The notes under the pieces are model-generated. The model made no database searches. It saw only the letters and a program-made list of their open reading frames with translations, and was not told the DNA's origin. Made by a program: the position numbers and the translations under genes. DNA of 64,000 bases from Raja brachyura (taxonomy: Eukaryota), in the NCBI GenBank assembly GCA_963514005.1, contig OY740813.1, positions 9,238,001 to 9,302,000 on the forward strand. Reading direction: 5' to 3'. Shown here piece by piece: positions 12,901-27,900 of the stretch. Numbering within the stretch: position 1 is the first letter of the stretch; each line of letters opens with the position of its first letter.

Positions 12901-15900
12901 ATGATCTTCCATGACAGCCTAGCCTGAGTTTGTAACTGGCAAGTTTTACACAGTTTCTACTTAGATTTGTTGACATTAACACAGCCCAGATTCAATGTTG
13001 GGGACACCGACCAGTATCCCACTGACTGGCTTGGCTTTTGTGTGTGAAACAACAAAAGATTCTTGATCAAAACCCAATGTGCTGGAGGAACTCGGCGGGT
13101 CAGACAGCATCTGTAGAGGGAATGGACAAGCGCTATTTTGGGTTGGGGCTCCTCTTTCAGCCTGAAGAAGGTTGCCAACCAAAGCACCACATTTCCACTC
13201 CATCCACAGATGCAACCTGAGCCGCTGAGTTCCTCCAGCACATTATATTTTGCCCAAGATTCGAGCATCTGCAGTTCGTTTTGCCTCTAATAGATTCTTC
13301 CTAGAACTGATAGTAAACTTGCTGCATTCCTAATGTCTTTGTTGTAGCCGATGCTGGAACATGTGCGAATCCACCCCGAGCTAGTGACTGGAACCAAGGA
13401 CAATGAACTGGATGCTGTTAAGTAAGTGACTTATTTCAATCTTAATATTACAGTTTTATCTTTATTACAGACCGATCCCACCCCTTCAGTTTTTGTTTTA
13501 ACATGTATCAACTCAGAAAGCATTTAATCTTGGATGGGTTGATGCAATAGTTTCAAAATGTGTGGACATTGCAATCAGTATTACCTGTTGTCACTTTTTG
13601 GTTTAAAAGTCAGGTTTGCTGTCTTTTAGATTAATTGATTACAATGTGTAAGTTTGTCTATTTATAATCGTATCAAAATGCAAGTTCTCCTGTGAGTCAA
13701 GTTATCATTGAACTAGAACTCCATTTTTGCTTTCTTTCTACTTTCTCATTTTAAAGAAAAATGTTTTTTTTATCTTTTCATTTTACCTATAGTGATGCAG
13801 CTATTATAATTGCTAATTGAAATGAAGAGATCGACTCTTGTATGTCATTTAAGTATCTGCCAAGCAGCTTAAAGGACTGAAATTTGCGCAATTGCAGCAA
13901 TATAGTGAAGCTGTAGTTATGAGAGTTTATTGTGGAGATGACAGTTAAGCTTTCAATCCCACAACAGTTGAATGGGTCAGGCACGTCTTGAGGCAATATT
14001 TGTTCCTCTTAGTCTTACTTAATCAAATGTGATTAGTGGTGGTTAACGGTTCTGTTTCCTGTTCTGTTGTATAGATGGAAGAGATTTGAAACTCATGACA
14101 TTGTTATAGAATGTGCCAAAGTTTCCCTCGACCCAAAAGAGGCATCCTGTGAAGAAGGTTATACAATCATGCCTAAACATTTCTCTACACGTAGCCAACA
14201 CAAGCACACTGACCACAGCTCCAGCCCATTCTCAGATTCTCAGAGCAGCTTTGGTAAGTATGAAACCTTTTAATTTCATAACATTATACAGAAATTGTCT
14301 GTCCAAATTTGTGATTGCTTTGCATGTGACAAGCAGCTCTGTGGCAATTTTGTTTTGATATTCCCTTTATCAGCCTATTTCTCTAATCTTAAATGTTGCA
14401 GGTGTCTCTGGTTCAGTCTGGTAATGCAGCCCCTTGTTCTATGTACATCTGCCCATAAATCTCGGGCTTTACTCCTCATAACTTTAATACCTTTAAGACG
14501 TCATGCCAGTCAGTAATGGCATTCAACAATATTTCAGTTCTTTGTATTATTCTCACATTGGATCGATCCAGGTCAAAAGAGATAAAAAATGTTGTTCTTC
14601 ATCGACTCTGTAGTTTTTAAGTGCCTGAATTTCTCAGATAATCCTGAAGGCATATAAGGCTATAGACCAAATGTGGGCAAATGGGATTGGTAAAGATGGG
14701 TATATTGGTTATCAAGGACACTGGGCCGAGGGACCCATTTCTGTTCTGTGTGACTCTGATATTTTTTACTGGGTTTAATACCTTGCTGTTGACTCCATTG
14801 CAGGCAGTGCATCTTCTACAACTTACATCTCCAGAGGCCCATTCTCCAGTCTCCCAGGATCTCAGTCACAGTACAGAACACCACCAACTTCACAACGCCT
14901 TCCTGCAGAAGGGCTGCAGGTAAGTTGAGACCCACTTGAATGCATGGCTGGTCGAGACTGTGCAAGTAACATTCACACAACAAAAGTGCCAGGCATTGAT
15001 CACTTAAGAAGTGTTTTGGTGACAAGCCTGGTATTGCCATCATCACTGTCAACATCCTGGGGGTCATGGTTGACCAGACACTAGAGTAAATACTTTCAGC
15101 GGAAGGAATGACGTGGTTACAGAAGGCATCTCATGATTGCCGCCTTGAGTGGTATTAATGATGCATACTGGCCTAGTGTGACATCCTGTTCCTAAAAATG
15201 AATTTTAAAACTGGTTTAATTTGTCTCCATTTTAGGATGTGTTCTGGAGCCCATCTTCAGCTTGTGGGCTGTCCACTCCCCCCTCCTCAAGAGGACTTTC
15301 CCCAACGAGCCTTCACGAAACATCCCACAGTAGCTCTTGCCTAACTGTTAGAGTCCACAGTACACCTGGTATGTATATCACAGCTAATTCATGGTCCATG
15401 TAGGATCTCTTTGGCTCAATGTATATATAATGTGTCCCCTTGGCTCAATGTATATATAATGTGTCCCCTTGGCTCAATGTATATAAACAGTTTGGAAACT
15501 ATGTCTGTGAGATCTTCTGTTATGCTAAATGTACTCTGCAGGTGCAATTATTGTTAAACCCCTGTAATAACGTAAATACATTCATGCAAATCTGGACAGA
15601 TCCTTGTATATCTCTGTCAAAGCTAGGACATATTGGAATTGAATCGTATGCCCATAATTCGCTTTCTTGGTCACAAGCAATCAGTGAATGTTGTTGATAA
15701 ACATAAAACAGTACAGCACAAGAAAAGGTCCTTCAACCCACAATGTCTGTGTCGCACATAATGCTAATTTAAACTCTTATCTGTTGCACATAAACCATAT
15801 CCCTCCATTCCCTGTACCTTTGTCTCTCTCCCCATAAATCTATGCCCGCTAGTATTTGATATGTCTCATGGATAGACATATAAAATAGATAGACATGTCT

Positions 15901-18900
15901 CCTGGGACAAAGGTTCTGAATGTCTTCCCTATCTTTACCTCTCATCATTTTATGTACTTGTATCAGATCTCCCCTCAACCTCCGGTGTTCCAGTGAAACC
16001 AATCCAAGTCTGTCCAATCTTTCCCTAATCTGGGCATCATTTTGATGAACCTCTGCACCTTTCCAAAGCCCCATATCCTTCCTCTATTGGAATAACTGGA
16101 ACAGCATGCAATACTCCAAAATTAAATGCAGCCAAAACAAAGTCTTATGAAGTTGCATCATGATTTCCTGGCCCTAATGCCCTGGTTAACGATGGTGACT
16201 TCTCAAAATGCAACACCTCACACTTGCTTGGATTAAATCCCATCTGCTGTATATATGCCCATTTCTGAGGTGGCTCTATATCCCATTGTGTACTTTGACG
16301 GCTTCCACACAGTAACTCCCACAATCTTGATATAATCTGCAAATTTGCTAACCAACCCCCACTACATCCAAGTATTTATATACAAGTTATAAGCGTAGAA
16401 TTAGGCCATTTGGCCCATCGAGGCTACTTCAATCATTAGATCGCTGCCAACTAATCCCATTTTCCTGTCTTCTCCCCATAACCCTTGACACCCTTTCTAA
16501 TCAAGAACTTGTCTATCTCTGCCTTAAAAATAACCACTGACTTAGCCTCCTAAGCCCTCTGTGCCAATGAGTTCCTCAGATTAACTATCCTAAAGTAGTT
16601 CCTCCTTATCTCATTTCTAAAAGAGCGCCCTTTAATTCTGGGGTCATGACCTCTGGTCCTAGACAAGGGGTGGGGAACCTGCGGCCTCATAGGCCATTAA
16701 GCACGGCCTTTTGAATGAATCCAAATTTTGTCGAAAAAATCCTTTTATTTGTATTAGTATGTTTTTGTTTCTTTCATTATTTTTATTTTAACCTTAAAAT
16801 GAACATATTTAAAATACTAAAGAGTAAAAGAAGATTCAAGAAAATAATCCTCCCCGACTGATGTCCACAATTAAAACATTAGTAAGTCATGAGGGCTATT
16901 TTAACAAATTAATGTACATTTTGAAGTATATCTAGTTGAGGTTTCTTGGATGCGGCCTGATTCAATTACAGCTAACAATGCGGCATTTCAACATGAATAG
17001 GTCCCCCACCCCTGTCCTAGACTCTCCCACCAGTGGAAACATCCTTTCAACATCCACTCTATGCCTTTCATTATTCTGTGTTTCAATGAGGTCACCGATC
17101 AACCTTCTAAACTCCAGCGAGTAGAGGCCCAGTGCTGTCAAACGCTCATCATACGCTAACCCACTCAATCCTGGAATAATTCTTGTAAACCTCATCTGGA
17201 CCCTCTCCAGAGCCAGCACATCCTTCCTCAGATATGGGGCCTAAATTTACTCACCGTACTCCAAATGCAGCCTGACCACCACCTTATCGAACCTCAGCAT
17301 TACATCTTTGATTTTGTATTCCAGTCTTCATATCACATATCACAAACAACGGAGATCCCTGCACAGCTCCCTGTAGAACTCCACCGGCTCACTTGGTTTA
17401 TTGGTCCACCAGAGCAAGTAGGATCTAAGGGTTTCAGTTTGCAGGACAGATATTGCTTTGCTTATCCTTTGTGGTTTTATTTAAAGATTTGGCACGTTTC
17501 TTTTTCACTGTCTTTTGTGGAGCTTGCGACCTGTTTTGCCACTCTTTTCTTCCTCGTATATTTGCAGATTATATTACTCCTTGTCTCTTGCCATCAGGTT
17601 GTGCAGGGTATCAGCTCCTTTGGGATAAACAGGTTGTTTTGAGCACTGTGCCTTGATTCTTTGTCAATTATTCATTCACATATATCATGTATTTTTTGCT
17701 CTATCTATTGTACTTGAGTTTGAATTGATAGTGTCTATGTATGGTATATCTGATCTGTTTGGATAGCATGCAAAACAAAACGTCTCGCTCTACCTCATAA
17801 CATGTGACAATATTAAATCTAAACCTATAAACAGTGTTGTACCTTTTGCAGTTTGGTCTTTATTTAATCATGAATCTTAATGGGTGCGTTGTGTTTCTTT
17901 CCTTTAAATATAATGTTGAGCTCAACCACATTATAGTCGCAGTCAGGAATTTTTCAGTATAAACTGCTTGTGTCTTCCGAAGCATGAAACTACAATTGGA
18001 GATTATAACAACTTCTCCTTTGCAGCATTTTATTTTTTCAAAGTGGGAGGACTGTGGAGTTGGAAGAGCAGTGAGCTAATATTGACTTTTTTTAAAAAAC
18101 AGTCGGAAAAGGACAATCAACTGAAACACCAGCCGTATCCCCTCCCCTGTCATGTCCTGCAGATGGGAATGAACTATGCAGCAACTCGGCAACTGCAGCA
18201 CCCTCAAGAAAGGTAACATTTGCTGGATGTTTATTTAAATGGTATAATTTACAGGTGCAAAGAATTAACTTCATTTAGCATAGATACTTTTTGAGACACG
18301 CATAATACACTCGCCAGTCAGAATTTGTTTAAGCCAAATCATGGCCGATTTTATAGTTTATGAAGTACAATGGTAGAGGGAAATGTGGTTTCTTTATATG
18401 ACTTCCAAAAGGTGTATGATAAAATGTCACTTAGTAAGTCTGTCACCAAGACAGCCTTTGTCACACAGCCAGTGAAATTAGGCTGCTGTAGCTTGGATTG
18501 GCTTGCCGTACGAGGACCACTACTTTTCTCTGTTGAAGATAGATTTTGGTGTACAAAGTGCAGATAGCGCAATTTAGAGGCTTAGTGACTTGTGATGCAG
18601 AACAGACTTCCAAGGGATATGGGCTGGAAATAGGCTGGGAAATGTGAAGTATTTTGGTCGGAACAATAAGAGGCAGTATAAATCACAAGGCCAAAATACG
18701 AGAACTGAGATCTAGCTGTGTGTGTGTGTGTAAAGTTTGAGAGTTTTGAAGTGAGGATTTCTAAATGGAGCCAAAGAGCAATAAGAACATGAAACCAAAC
18801 TTCCAGGAAAGATGTACAAGACTGCAAAATAAATGTAACAAAATGATTCCAGTGGCAATAGATTTGATGGATAATTTGGGTATAATATATTTGAGGTATA

Positions 18901-21900
18901 ATATAGGTAAACAACTGTTTAATCTTGGCATGATCAAGGCCTAGATGACATGGAATGAAGGTGAATAGTAAAAAAACAACCAAAAGCTTCATACAGCTAG
19001 TGGTTGGAGGCCTGAAGGTGCAGCCAATGGCAGTAGCGCGAGTGAATTCAATTGGAACAATGAAAAGGGAGGTGAATAAGTATCTGAAAGCAAAGTATGT
19101 GCCGAACTATGAGGCAAAGAGTGGGGAAGAGGTACTAGCTGGGTGGCTTTGCATGCTACGACTTAAATAGCTGAATGGCTCCTTCATGCCTCTCTCTGCT
19201 CCTTTGGTCGTCTTTTAGGTATTAATTAGAATCTAAATGTTGACTATTAAAAAAAATTCCAATATGCTTGAAGCATTCCACTTTTGACATATTGGTATAA
19301 TGTCCCTCCAGACCAACAGTGGCGCAACATCATCTGTATTTTTATTGCAGGATGGGAAACCTGAGAGTTTAAAGCCATTAAAGAGACAGAGTCATGTGAC
19401 AAGTGATGATAAGGGAGCAGCTGACAGTCCATGTGAGTGGAAAGGTCTGCATTGTGTATATAATAACCAAGTGCTTGGCCCATTGAGTTGTTTCCAGTTG
19501 AAAGATGAACTAATTCACACTACGAGTGGAAAGATGATTTGTTCTTGATTTCATGGAATTCTATTACAATGAAAGTGCAAGTAGATTATTCATTTTGACT
19601 GCAAGTGTTTATCTTCCATACTAGCCTCTTCTCAATCTTCCTTTTACCCATGAGCCACAAGTAGCTTGCGTTTCTTTCGAACTATGCCAAACTGCTAAAA
19701 TGGTTGTGGCATAGGGTCAACACGAGGTTCTTGTGCATCGTGGAGTAAATAAAGTGTAGGATTCGTGTAAAGTGGTGTTTAATGGTCAGTGCGGGCGCAG
19801 TTGCCCGAAGGGCCTGTTTCCATGATGCCTCTAAGTGTGTTTGAATTGACAAATATTTGTTTCTGTCAGTCTTGGGATCACCATCTAATTGAGCGTATTT
19901 TGTTTTACTTTCACTGCATCTTGCACATTCAGGTTTGGAGAATGAGAATGCCAAAACAGTATCTTTGCGAGAGCTCTCGGAGGTTATAAAAGGATTGAAT
20001 CTACAAGAGGATGGAACAGAAAAGGAAAATGAAGAAGGTATGTCTTGTTTACCAGCAGCAATAAACAAGTGTTGAACTCCATTGATATGTAGCGTAAATG
20101 GTCTTTTTTACTTTTTTCTTTTCCACCAAAAAACGTGAGTCTGCTTTTTGTTCAAGTGCAGAATTCCATCCCTTTCAAAGTATTCTTACAAAGTACATGA
20201 GAATATAATTTAATTGAGCATAAATGCGAATATCCTATTTGGCCAGAAGCTTTGACATCGACTTTGTGGCCCAGATAGCCTGTTCCTATATTTCACGTTT
20301 CTAGATTTTTATGATATCTGCATTTGACGTCTAACTTTTATCTAATAGAAATTGTGAAAATTATAAGAAAGATGAGTAGGTTGTAATATGTTTAACCTGA
20401 GAGCTTGGATATTGGGAAACCACGATGGGAAAATAAGCCAACAATTAAGAATGTTAGGAGATGCGATTACATTTCGGGTATAAATTCCACATGTAACAGG
20501 AAACAGGATGTTAAACGTTGATCAATGGTGAATTGCTTCAAAGGTGTAAAATCCACATGTAATCGTCGTTTTAGTGTTAGCTTAAATACAGCGCGGAAAC
20601 AGGCCCTGCGGTCCACTGAGTCCGCTCCAACCAGCGATCCCCGCACATTAACACTATCCTACACATACTAGGAACAATTTCCACTTATACCAAGTATACA
20701 ACTATTAAGCCTTTGGATAAACCGACTAGTTTGAGAAACTCAGCATTGTTCTATGAGATGTTCTTTGTGTCTGTTCCTATCTGAGCTGTAATTAAAAGGA
20801 TCAACTGGGCCCCACATAAAGCCAGATTCAGGGTACAAGTTAAACAGAAAATTCCCTCCAACATAGATAAATACAGAAGTGCAACATTCTAGGGTGTTTT
20901 AACATTGAACTCAGAAATCCCCTCCCTAACCCTTCAACCTCTCCACCTTTCTCTCCATTGAGAGCCTCCTTTACACTTTGTTGATTTAGCCAAGATTTCA
21001 ATTGTCTTGTCGTATTCTCTAAGCATAGCTTAAAGTAATTTGAAATCTTTATTGTTATAATGTATTTAATCCAGGTGGTTAATGTTATAGATTAATTAAA
21101 ACTATGAATGTTTTTAAAAAAAGTTCATTTATGTAGAGGAGGATTAAAAAATAGTTTAAATCAAGTTGTGCTAAACGTTACAGTAGATAAATGGTATATT
21201 TTATCTTTAACAGCTGCTATTGCCGATGAGCTTTCTGAAATTACATCCTTGGATCTTCAGTCCTTGGTTTTTCGGGGGGGATTTGACTCCCCTTTTCAAC
21301 ACACAACTGAAATGCTTACTGGCACTCAGACAAAGCGTGAGCAAGAATTGTCCCATTCTACCACTGAGCAGGGATTGCACACTGAGCCCCACCAAGCGTC
21401 ATCTACAATTGGTAAAGCACTGGAGCCTCGCAGGCAAGAGCAGTGCTCTGTCAAAAAGGGGTTTATGCCCATTGAGAAACCAACTGAGAACTGTTCGGGA
21501 AACATTAAAGAGGAGATGGTCAGAGCTGGATCAATATCATTGGAACTTTTTACACCCAGTCCCTTGTTTAAGGTGCAGGCATTGAGACCTCCTCCTCTTG
21601 GCACTGGGCATCCGCTCCCTTATGAACACCTTTTTGAAATGGCCTTGCCCAAAGCAGCAAGTCTTTTCATCAAGCAGAAAACAACTGAGCTGCAAAAGCT
21701 AGCAGGGAAGCAATTGGAGGATCTATCGTCTTCATTGATCTCGCCTCTTGATGTGCTGGATAAGCTGATTCAGCTAGGAGGAGATGCACATGTGAAGGAG
21801 CTTAGCAGGTAAGACGGGAAAAAAAACTGTGACTCCCATTGCAGTAATTAAGAATTGTTCCACTGTGGCAATGCCACCTTTCGTGGGGCTACATGCCCTC

Positions 21901-24900
21901 TTGTGTAGATTCAAAGATCCCAGAGGATTATTTAAAAGAGTAACATTTATCCTTCAACCAACATTATCGCAATGTACTGTTGAATGTGCTCAATAAGAAC
22001 AATGTCTTGATTGCATAAGGGTACAAATTTTAATGTGTTGCAGAAAAAGCTAAAAGCTATTTCTTAGTAGTTCTGAGATTGATTTTCTTTCCCCAATTTG
22101 ATTGCAAAATGTATGGGTACTGTTAATGATTGCAAGCTGTATAGATTTTTCATTTCACAGCTTTCTTTGTTGATTCGACTCTTTAAATTTTAAGGTGGGG
22201 CCACTGTTACTTTCATATATTCCAGTCATAGAACCAACTGCTTCATACTAGAGTTAGTAGATTTGGGCAGGTCTTAATCTCCAGCTTGCAGTCATTTGGA
22301 TGGCTTGGCATAATTACAGCCGTGAAATGTCAGGAGGTGTCTTGTTTGTTAATGTGGGCAAGGTAACTGATGGAAGTGCCTCCACCATGTTTATTTTAGA
22401 GTTTACCCTGTGCAGCCTGAGTTCCACAATCAAAGAAAATTGGTCAGGTAAGTTCAGAATTCTACAGTCATATCATTAATAATCACCAATTAAACTCTGA
22501 TAAATAATTAATAATGGAGCATTTCTAACTTGCGTGGTGCTTGCTTTTGTTAATTTGTCTGATTCATCGGGTAATCTCGATTTCTTCAGTTACATATTAT
22601 ACGTGACTTTGGCTGCAGAAACTGGAAACTGATTAGCTTTTTTAATTGGCTTTGAACATGGGAATTTTTTTCTTTTTTAATAGTTTAGCTGATTGGAAAT
22701 GGAGGTGAAGTTTTCAGGATCGTATTTAACCAGAGCTGATGACCATGACACCTATAAACACACTGAGTGCTGTTTGGTCTATTGGGCAGGCATATTATAT
22801 CCAAATAATCAATCACTGAATTGTCTATGACAGCGGGACCAGACAATTAGTGGGTGTTTTTTTTTCTCTTTCCTAGCATTCGCACTCACACCATAGTTGT
22901 CTGCCGTATATTTAATGTTGGAATATTTATTTCTGCTGTCAGAGCAGCAGCGCTAAAACTTTGACAGAAGCCTCCCCAGATACTCACGATCTGGCCCCAC
23001 ACACTGCCCAACCCATCCTTCAAAAGTTAATGCCAAAAGCACTGAAAGGAGAATAGAATTGCCTTTTACAATCTATCTCTGTTAGTGTACAAGAACAGAA
23101 GTTGATTAAACTTGGGTATCATCCTTAGTAAATTCAGAAATCCAAGGTGGGACGAGGCAAATTCCAGGCAAATGTTCAGCCTCATTTTCATATCTATCCA
23201 CTTGCAGCCCATACTAGACACACATACTTTTTATAAACATTTTTCTAGAACTCTGAGAACCCGTGGCATCAAGAAGTATTCCTACCAGTAGAATTGTTCG
23301 TTGTAATGTCAGTCGACATTCTCTACTAGGGTGCAATGAATTTGACTCTTTCCCCCTCTCCATCTGTTTTTGCAATTATTTTTTAATTGAGCATCATATC
23401 AGCATGTGAACTAATCAAACTTTTATGCGTAGCATTAAAACCAATGGAAAAATAACTACTTATGCAAATTGCGGTGCTGTATAATGTATGTTTATAGTGT
23501 TTACAGTGCAATATTGGGCTACCTGACATTTGTAACCCATGCAAAACTCTCTTCATAATCAAATCTAATGCTGTGTGTTTTCATTGGTAACTTCGTAGTT
23601 GTATATTTAGAGTAGTGTTGTCTCCAAGCTAATGTTTACCTCTACTGCTGGGTGCCCAAGATGGAAGTTGCATCCATGAGCTCCAGTTTGTTTTTGTTTT
23701 TTTTACCTCATGATAATTTGTACTTGCAGTTCCAATTTTCAGTATTTCCCTTGCTTTGTACTTGAAACTTTGAATTGGTCTTGTGTGGGTGGAAAAAAAA
23801 AGCTCTTCTATTGCCTAGTTATATAGCCAGTGTTGATTTACTTTTTATCCAGAACAAAATGGAATTGCCTCTGATGGAATTGGAAGCTGCTTTTAAGTTT
23901 GGTTGGTTAATTTAGGGCAGAATCCTTGAAACATCATTTAGTTTTGTATCTCGCCTGTACTGTGATTCGCCGGAACTTCCAGTGGTTTTTATTACATAGT
24001 AGTCAATGCCTACTATGTTCTGTTGTGCTGAAGCAAAGCAAGAATTTCATTGTCCTATCAGGGACACATGACAATAAACTCACTTGAACCACTGTTGGCC
24101 CTTGTACATACCAAACTTTGACCGACTATGTTTGTTTTTAATATGTATGAAGGAACTGCAGATGCTGGTTTAAACCAAAGGCACACAAAATGCTGGAGTA
24201 ACTCAGCGGGACAAACAGCATCTCTGGAGTTATCTCCGTGTTCTATGGAGATCATAAAGCATCTCCTTTTCTCCGGAGATGCTGCCTGTCCCGCTGATTT
24301 ACACCAGCATTGTGTGTCTATCTTATGTTTTTTAATTTGACTTGCATTTAATAAGTACTATCTCAAAATTAAAATGCATCTAAATTCTTTGCTTCAGCTG
24401 TCTACACGTGTCGAAGTCTTTGCTGATGTTTTTCTTTTTTTTATGAAAAGCTGAATCGCCCCTTTTTTTGATGGTGAAATCAATCTAGTGAATTATTATA
24501 GAATTGTTCTCTTTGCAACCAAGTTTCCCAATAATTTATGCACAGAAAGAAACGTCAGGAAATAAGATGTGGCATTTTGTTTAGTGTTGTTGGCGATATT
24601 AGTGTAAATTTGCCGTGTGGATTATCAGGCCTCCTTTTTGACTTCATAAACACGCCAGCCTTTGGTATTGTAGTGAAATGTTAGCTGAGAGTTTTGCCCT
24701 TGGCCAAGAAGTTGGCTACCAAGGGGTTTGAACTGCATTCCTCTGCATGGTCAATGTAATCCAAGCCCAACTGGCTCCTGCTTTCACTATCCCATTAATC
24801 ACAGGTAATCATTTGTACAACTTTGTACGTATTCCCTTTCCTTTTTCCTGCTGATCTACTGTCTCTTGATGAGATTTGGTTCTACGCTGAAGAAACCTAT

Positions 24901-27900
24901 TAATATGTAACTCAAATCATTCTTCTTGTGCGCTCTAATGCGATGTGAATGAAATATTCAGCTGCTGAGGACCATCTGATTTGGGTGCAATCATATTTAC
25001 AATGATTATCTAATTTCTGAGGAGAAGCTCCACTAGGATGGTAAGATGGATATATGAAGAAAAAGGGCATGAGATTCTGAAACTTGGCAACATTGATTAA
25101 TTTGCCTTATTTCACTGTTCAAGTGGAAACATGCAGTTCATAATTGATATTATGAACTGTCATTGCAATAACCTTGCATAAATTGAATACAGTAATTGGT
25201 AAAATGATTAACTAGTATTGTTTGATATCAATTTCTTACTGTTGCTTTCCTGTATCAATTTTAGATTGCCTCTGCCCAGCAAATCTGCAGACTGGACTCA
25301 CTTTGGAGGTATGTGCTACATATTAATGATACCTCTCCAATTACCGTGAGTGAAGCTGAGAAACAAACCTACAAATGATGCAGCATTGGGTATGAGCTGT
25401 AGTTTAATGCAAGTGGTTCTGTCAAATCGGATACATTACAATTGGACATTAATGTACTACATTATGCTCACCCTTTTTTTTGATACATGCTACTTTTTAA
25501 TTGCATTACAATAAATAGGTAGCCTTGGGTGCATTTTTCTTTGCAGATTTTTAAATTTTTAGGTTTAACCCCTGCATACATTGCCAATGTTTTTGTTGCT
25601 TCCCAATTGAACGATTCCCTGCCGCTAATCTTGCACTGAACCCGAGTTTCTATAAAATTCTGCAATCTAAATAGATACTTTACTGTCACATGTACCACCG
25701 TGAAGGTACTGTGATTTTTTTTTGTTTTTTGCATAGACAGTACACAAAAGAGTCTCCACAAGGTGCAGACAAAGTCACAACGTACCCTAAAATATTGTTG
25801 GTCCCTCCTTTGTCTCTCTCCCTCTCTTTACCCCCTCCCCTCTCCCACCATCACCACCACAGGTCGGTATTCTAAATTTCATGCAGTTCTGTTGACCACT
25901 GTCATTCATTTTGCTTGCTTGCCCCTTGGTTCCTGTTTTTAGCAACTTTTTTAAATTTTGGCCCTGTCTTCCAATTTCTTCTTGGCTCATTCTACGTACC
26001 TCCTGCTTTTCCTGCTTGTCACACGTTGTAAATTTACGACTCGATGTTGAACATTTTTGTTCTACATTCCATCGCATCTGCAATTCCTTTTTAACCATGC
26101 AAAGGATGCTGTGTGAGTGCAAATTGTTTACAGCAGCCACTTAGTGAGCTATTGGTTCTTGTTTGGGGGGGTGGGGTGACGCATAAAGCCAGATGCAATA
26201 GTCATTGATGCAGCTTGGCAACAGTCCTTTCAATGCCAGTTGTAGCTTTCATATTTAAAAATAAAGTAATTCTTTTGATCTCAGGTTCTGCTCCCATGGA
26301 TGAGCTGCACACTCTGAGGAATCAACTCGTTCTACTGCACAACCAGTTACTCTATGAACGCTACAAGCGAGAACAACATGCTGTTCGGAATCGCCGTTTG
26401 CTGCGCAAAATTCTCAAGGCAACTGCGCTGGAGGAACAAAATTTAGCCATGGTGAGGATTTAAAACTATATAGCTACATAGCTCATGTTTCAAAAACGTC
26501 TCTTTTATCCATTAAATATGCAAGAAAATTAAGTTATAACTTTTCCTTTTTATATTTTTCTCCTCCATTTGATTGGTTGCACAGTCAACCTGAAAGGTAT
26601 TTTCAAACCTCTTAAATGTTTACATGGAAGGAAGCCATTCAGCCTATTGGGTCCATGCTGGCTCTGAGGGGGCAATTCCATTTGTCCCATTCCATCTCTG
26701 GTTATTTTCCAGTACCTCTGCAACGTATTCTCTCACTCCTGCCCACCAACTCCACTTTGATTATTCCCTAAGGAATAGGGAATTGCTGAAAATCATCTTG
26801 CGTATGGCGTGCACAGCCTAAAGTTGTAGGTCAACTTGTTCTATATGATTGTTTTGTTTGTGAACGTCGGGTTGATTGCATTAGTGGAAACGGGGTGAAC
26901 CACATCAAGGTTGCACTCTCCCACCCCATTGGTGTAAATATCTAACATACCAATACGTCTGTGGTACGTGGTTGGAAACCAGAGCACTTGGAGTAAACCA
27001 TATGCAACAATTGGAGAGAATGTGTAAACTCTGCAGAAGTAGCACCCAAGACCAAGTCTGAAGCTGCGAGGCAATAGATAATAGACAATAGGTGCAGGAG
27101 GCGGCCATTCAGCCCTTCGAGCCAGCACCGCCATTCAATGTGATCCTTGCCGATCATCCCCAATAGTACCAGCTGCTATGCAAACTGTCCACTAAACTGC
27201 ATATAAGCGATCAGAGCATCCTCGATGTTCTCCTATTTCTATCAATTTTCTTCTAAAATCAACATTTAATTCAGTCATTTGCTGTTTATGGAATCTTTCA
27301 CACACACATTCTAAATTATGCTAATATAAAAGAGATTAAAAATCCATCGAGCAAAAAGTTGTCACCCAGCAAGATTCACATTGGTATCTGTTGGGTTTTG
27401 TTTTAGAAATACAACTCATCATTTATGCTCTCGATCGTTCAGTAATACTGACATGATTGCGGTGCTCTGTCATTCTTCCTCCATTACCAAGCCCTGCAAA
27501 ATTCAGATAAACTAAGTATTCAGTCTTGGTTAAAACTTATAAAAGCACTTGGGGAAAGGATGACCAGAGCCTTTATGGAACTGCAGTAACAAAAAAAATC
27601 AACCAAACCTGGGTGGGATGATTGCAACTGATGGTTTAAGATCTTTGTTCAAGGTTTGAGCAGCATACTTTATTCTGCTTCCCTCATTGTCTGCGGATAA
27701 TGGTGAAGTTTATTTTTTGACTGTTGCGACTGTGCCTCAGTTCCTCTCTTTTTGCCAACCCTGATGCACAGAAGGACCAGCTAAAGCTCCAAGAATTGGA
27801 TATCGGATCTCTCAAGCACAGTTTGATTTTCGAACAGGATAAGTATCAGCAGCTGAAGAAGGAGAAAGATTCCATCATTCTGCACCTCAACAGCCAGATA

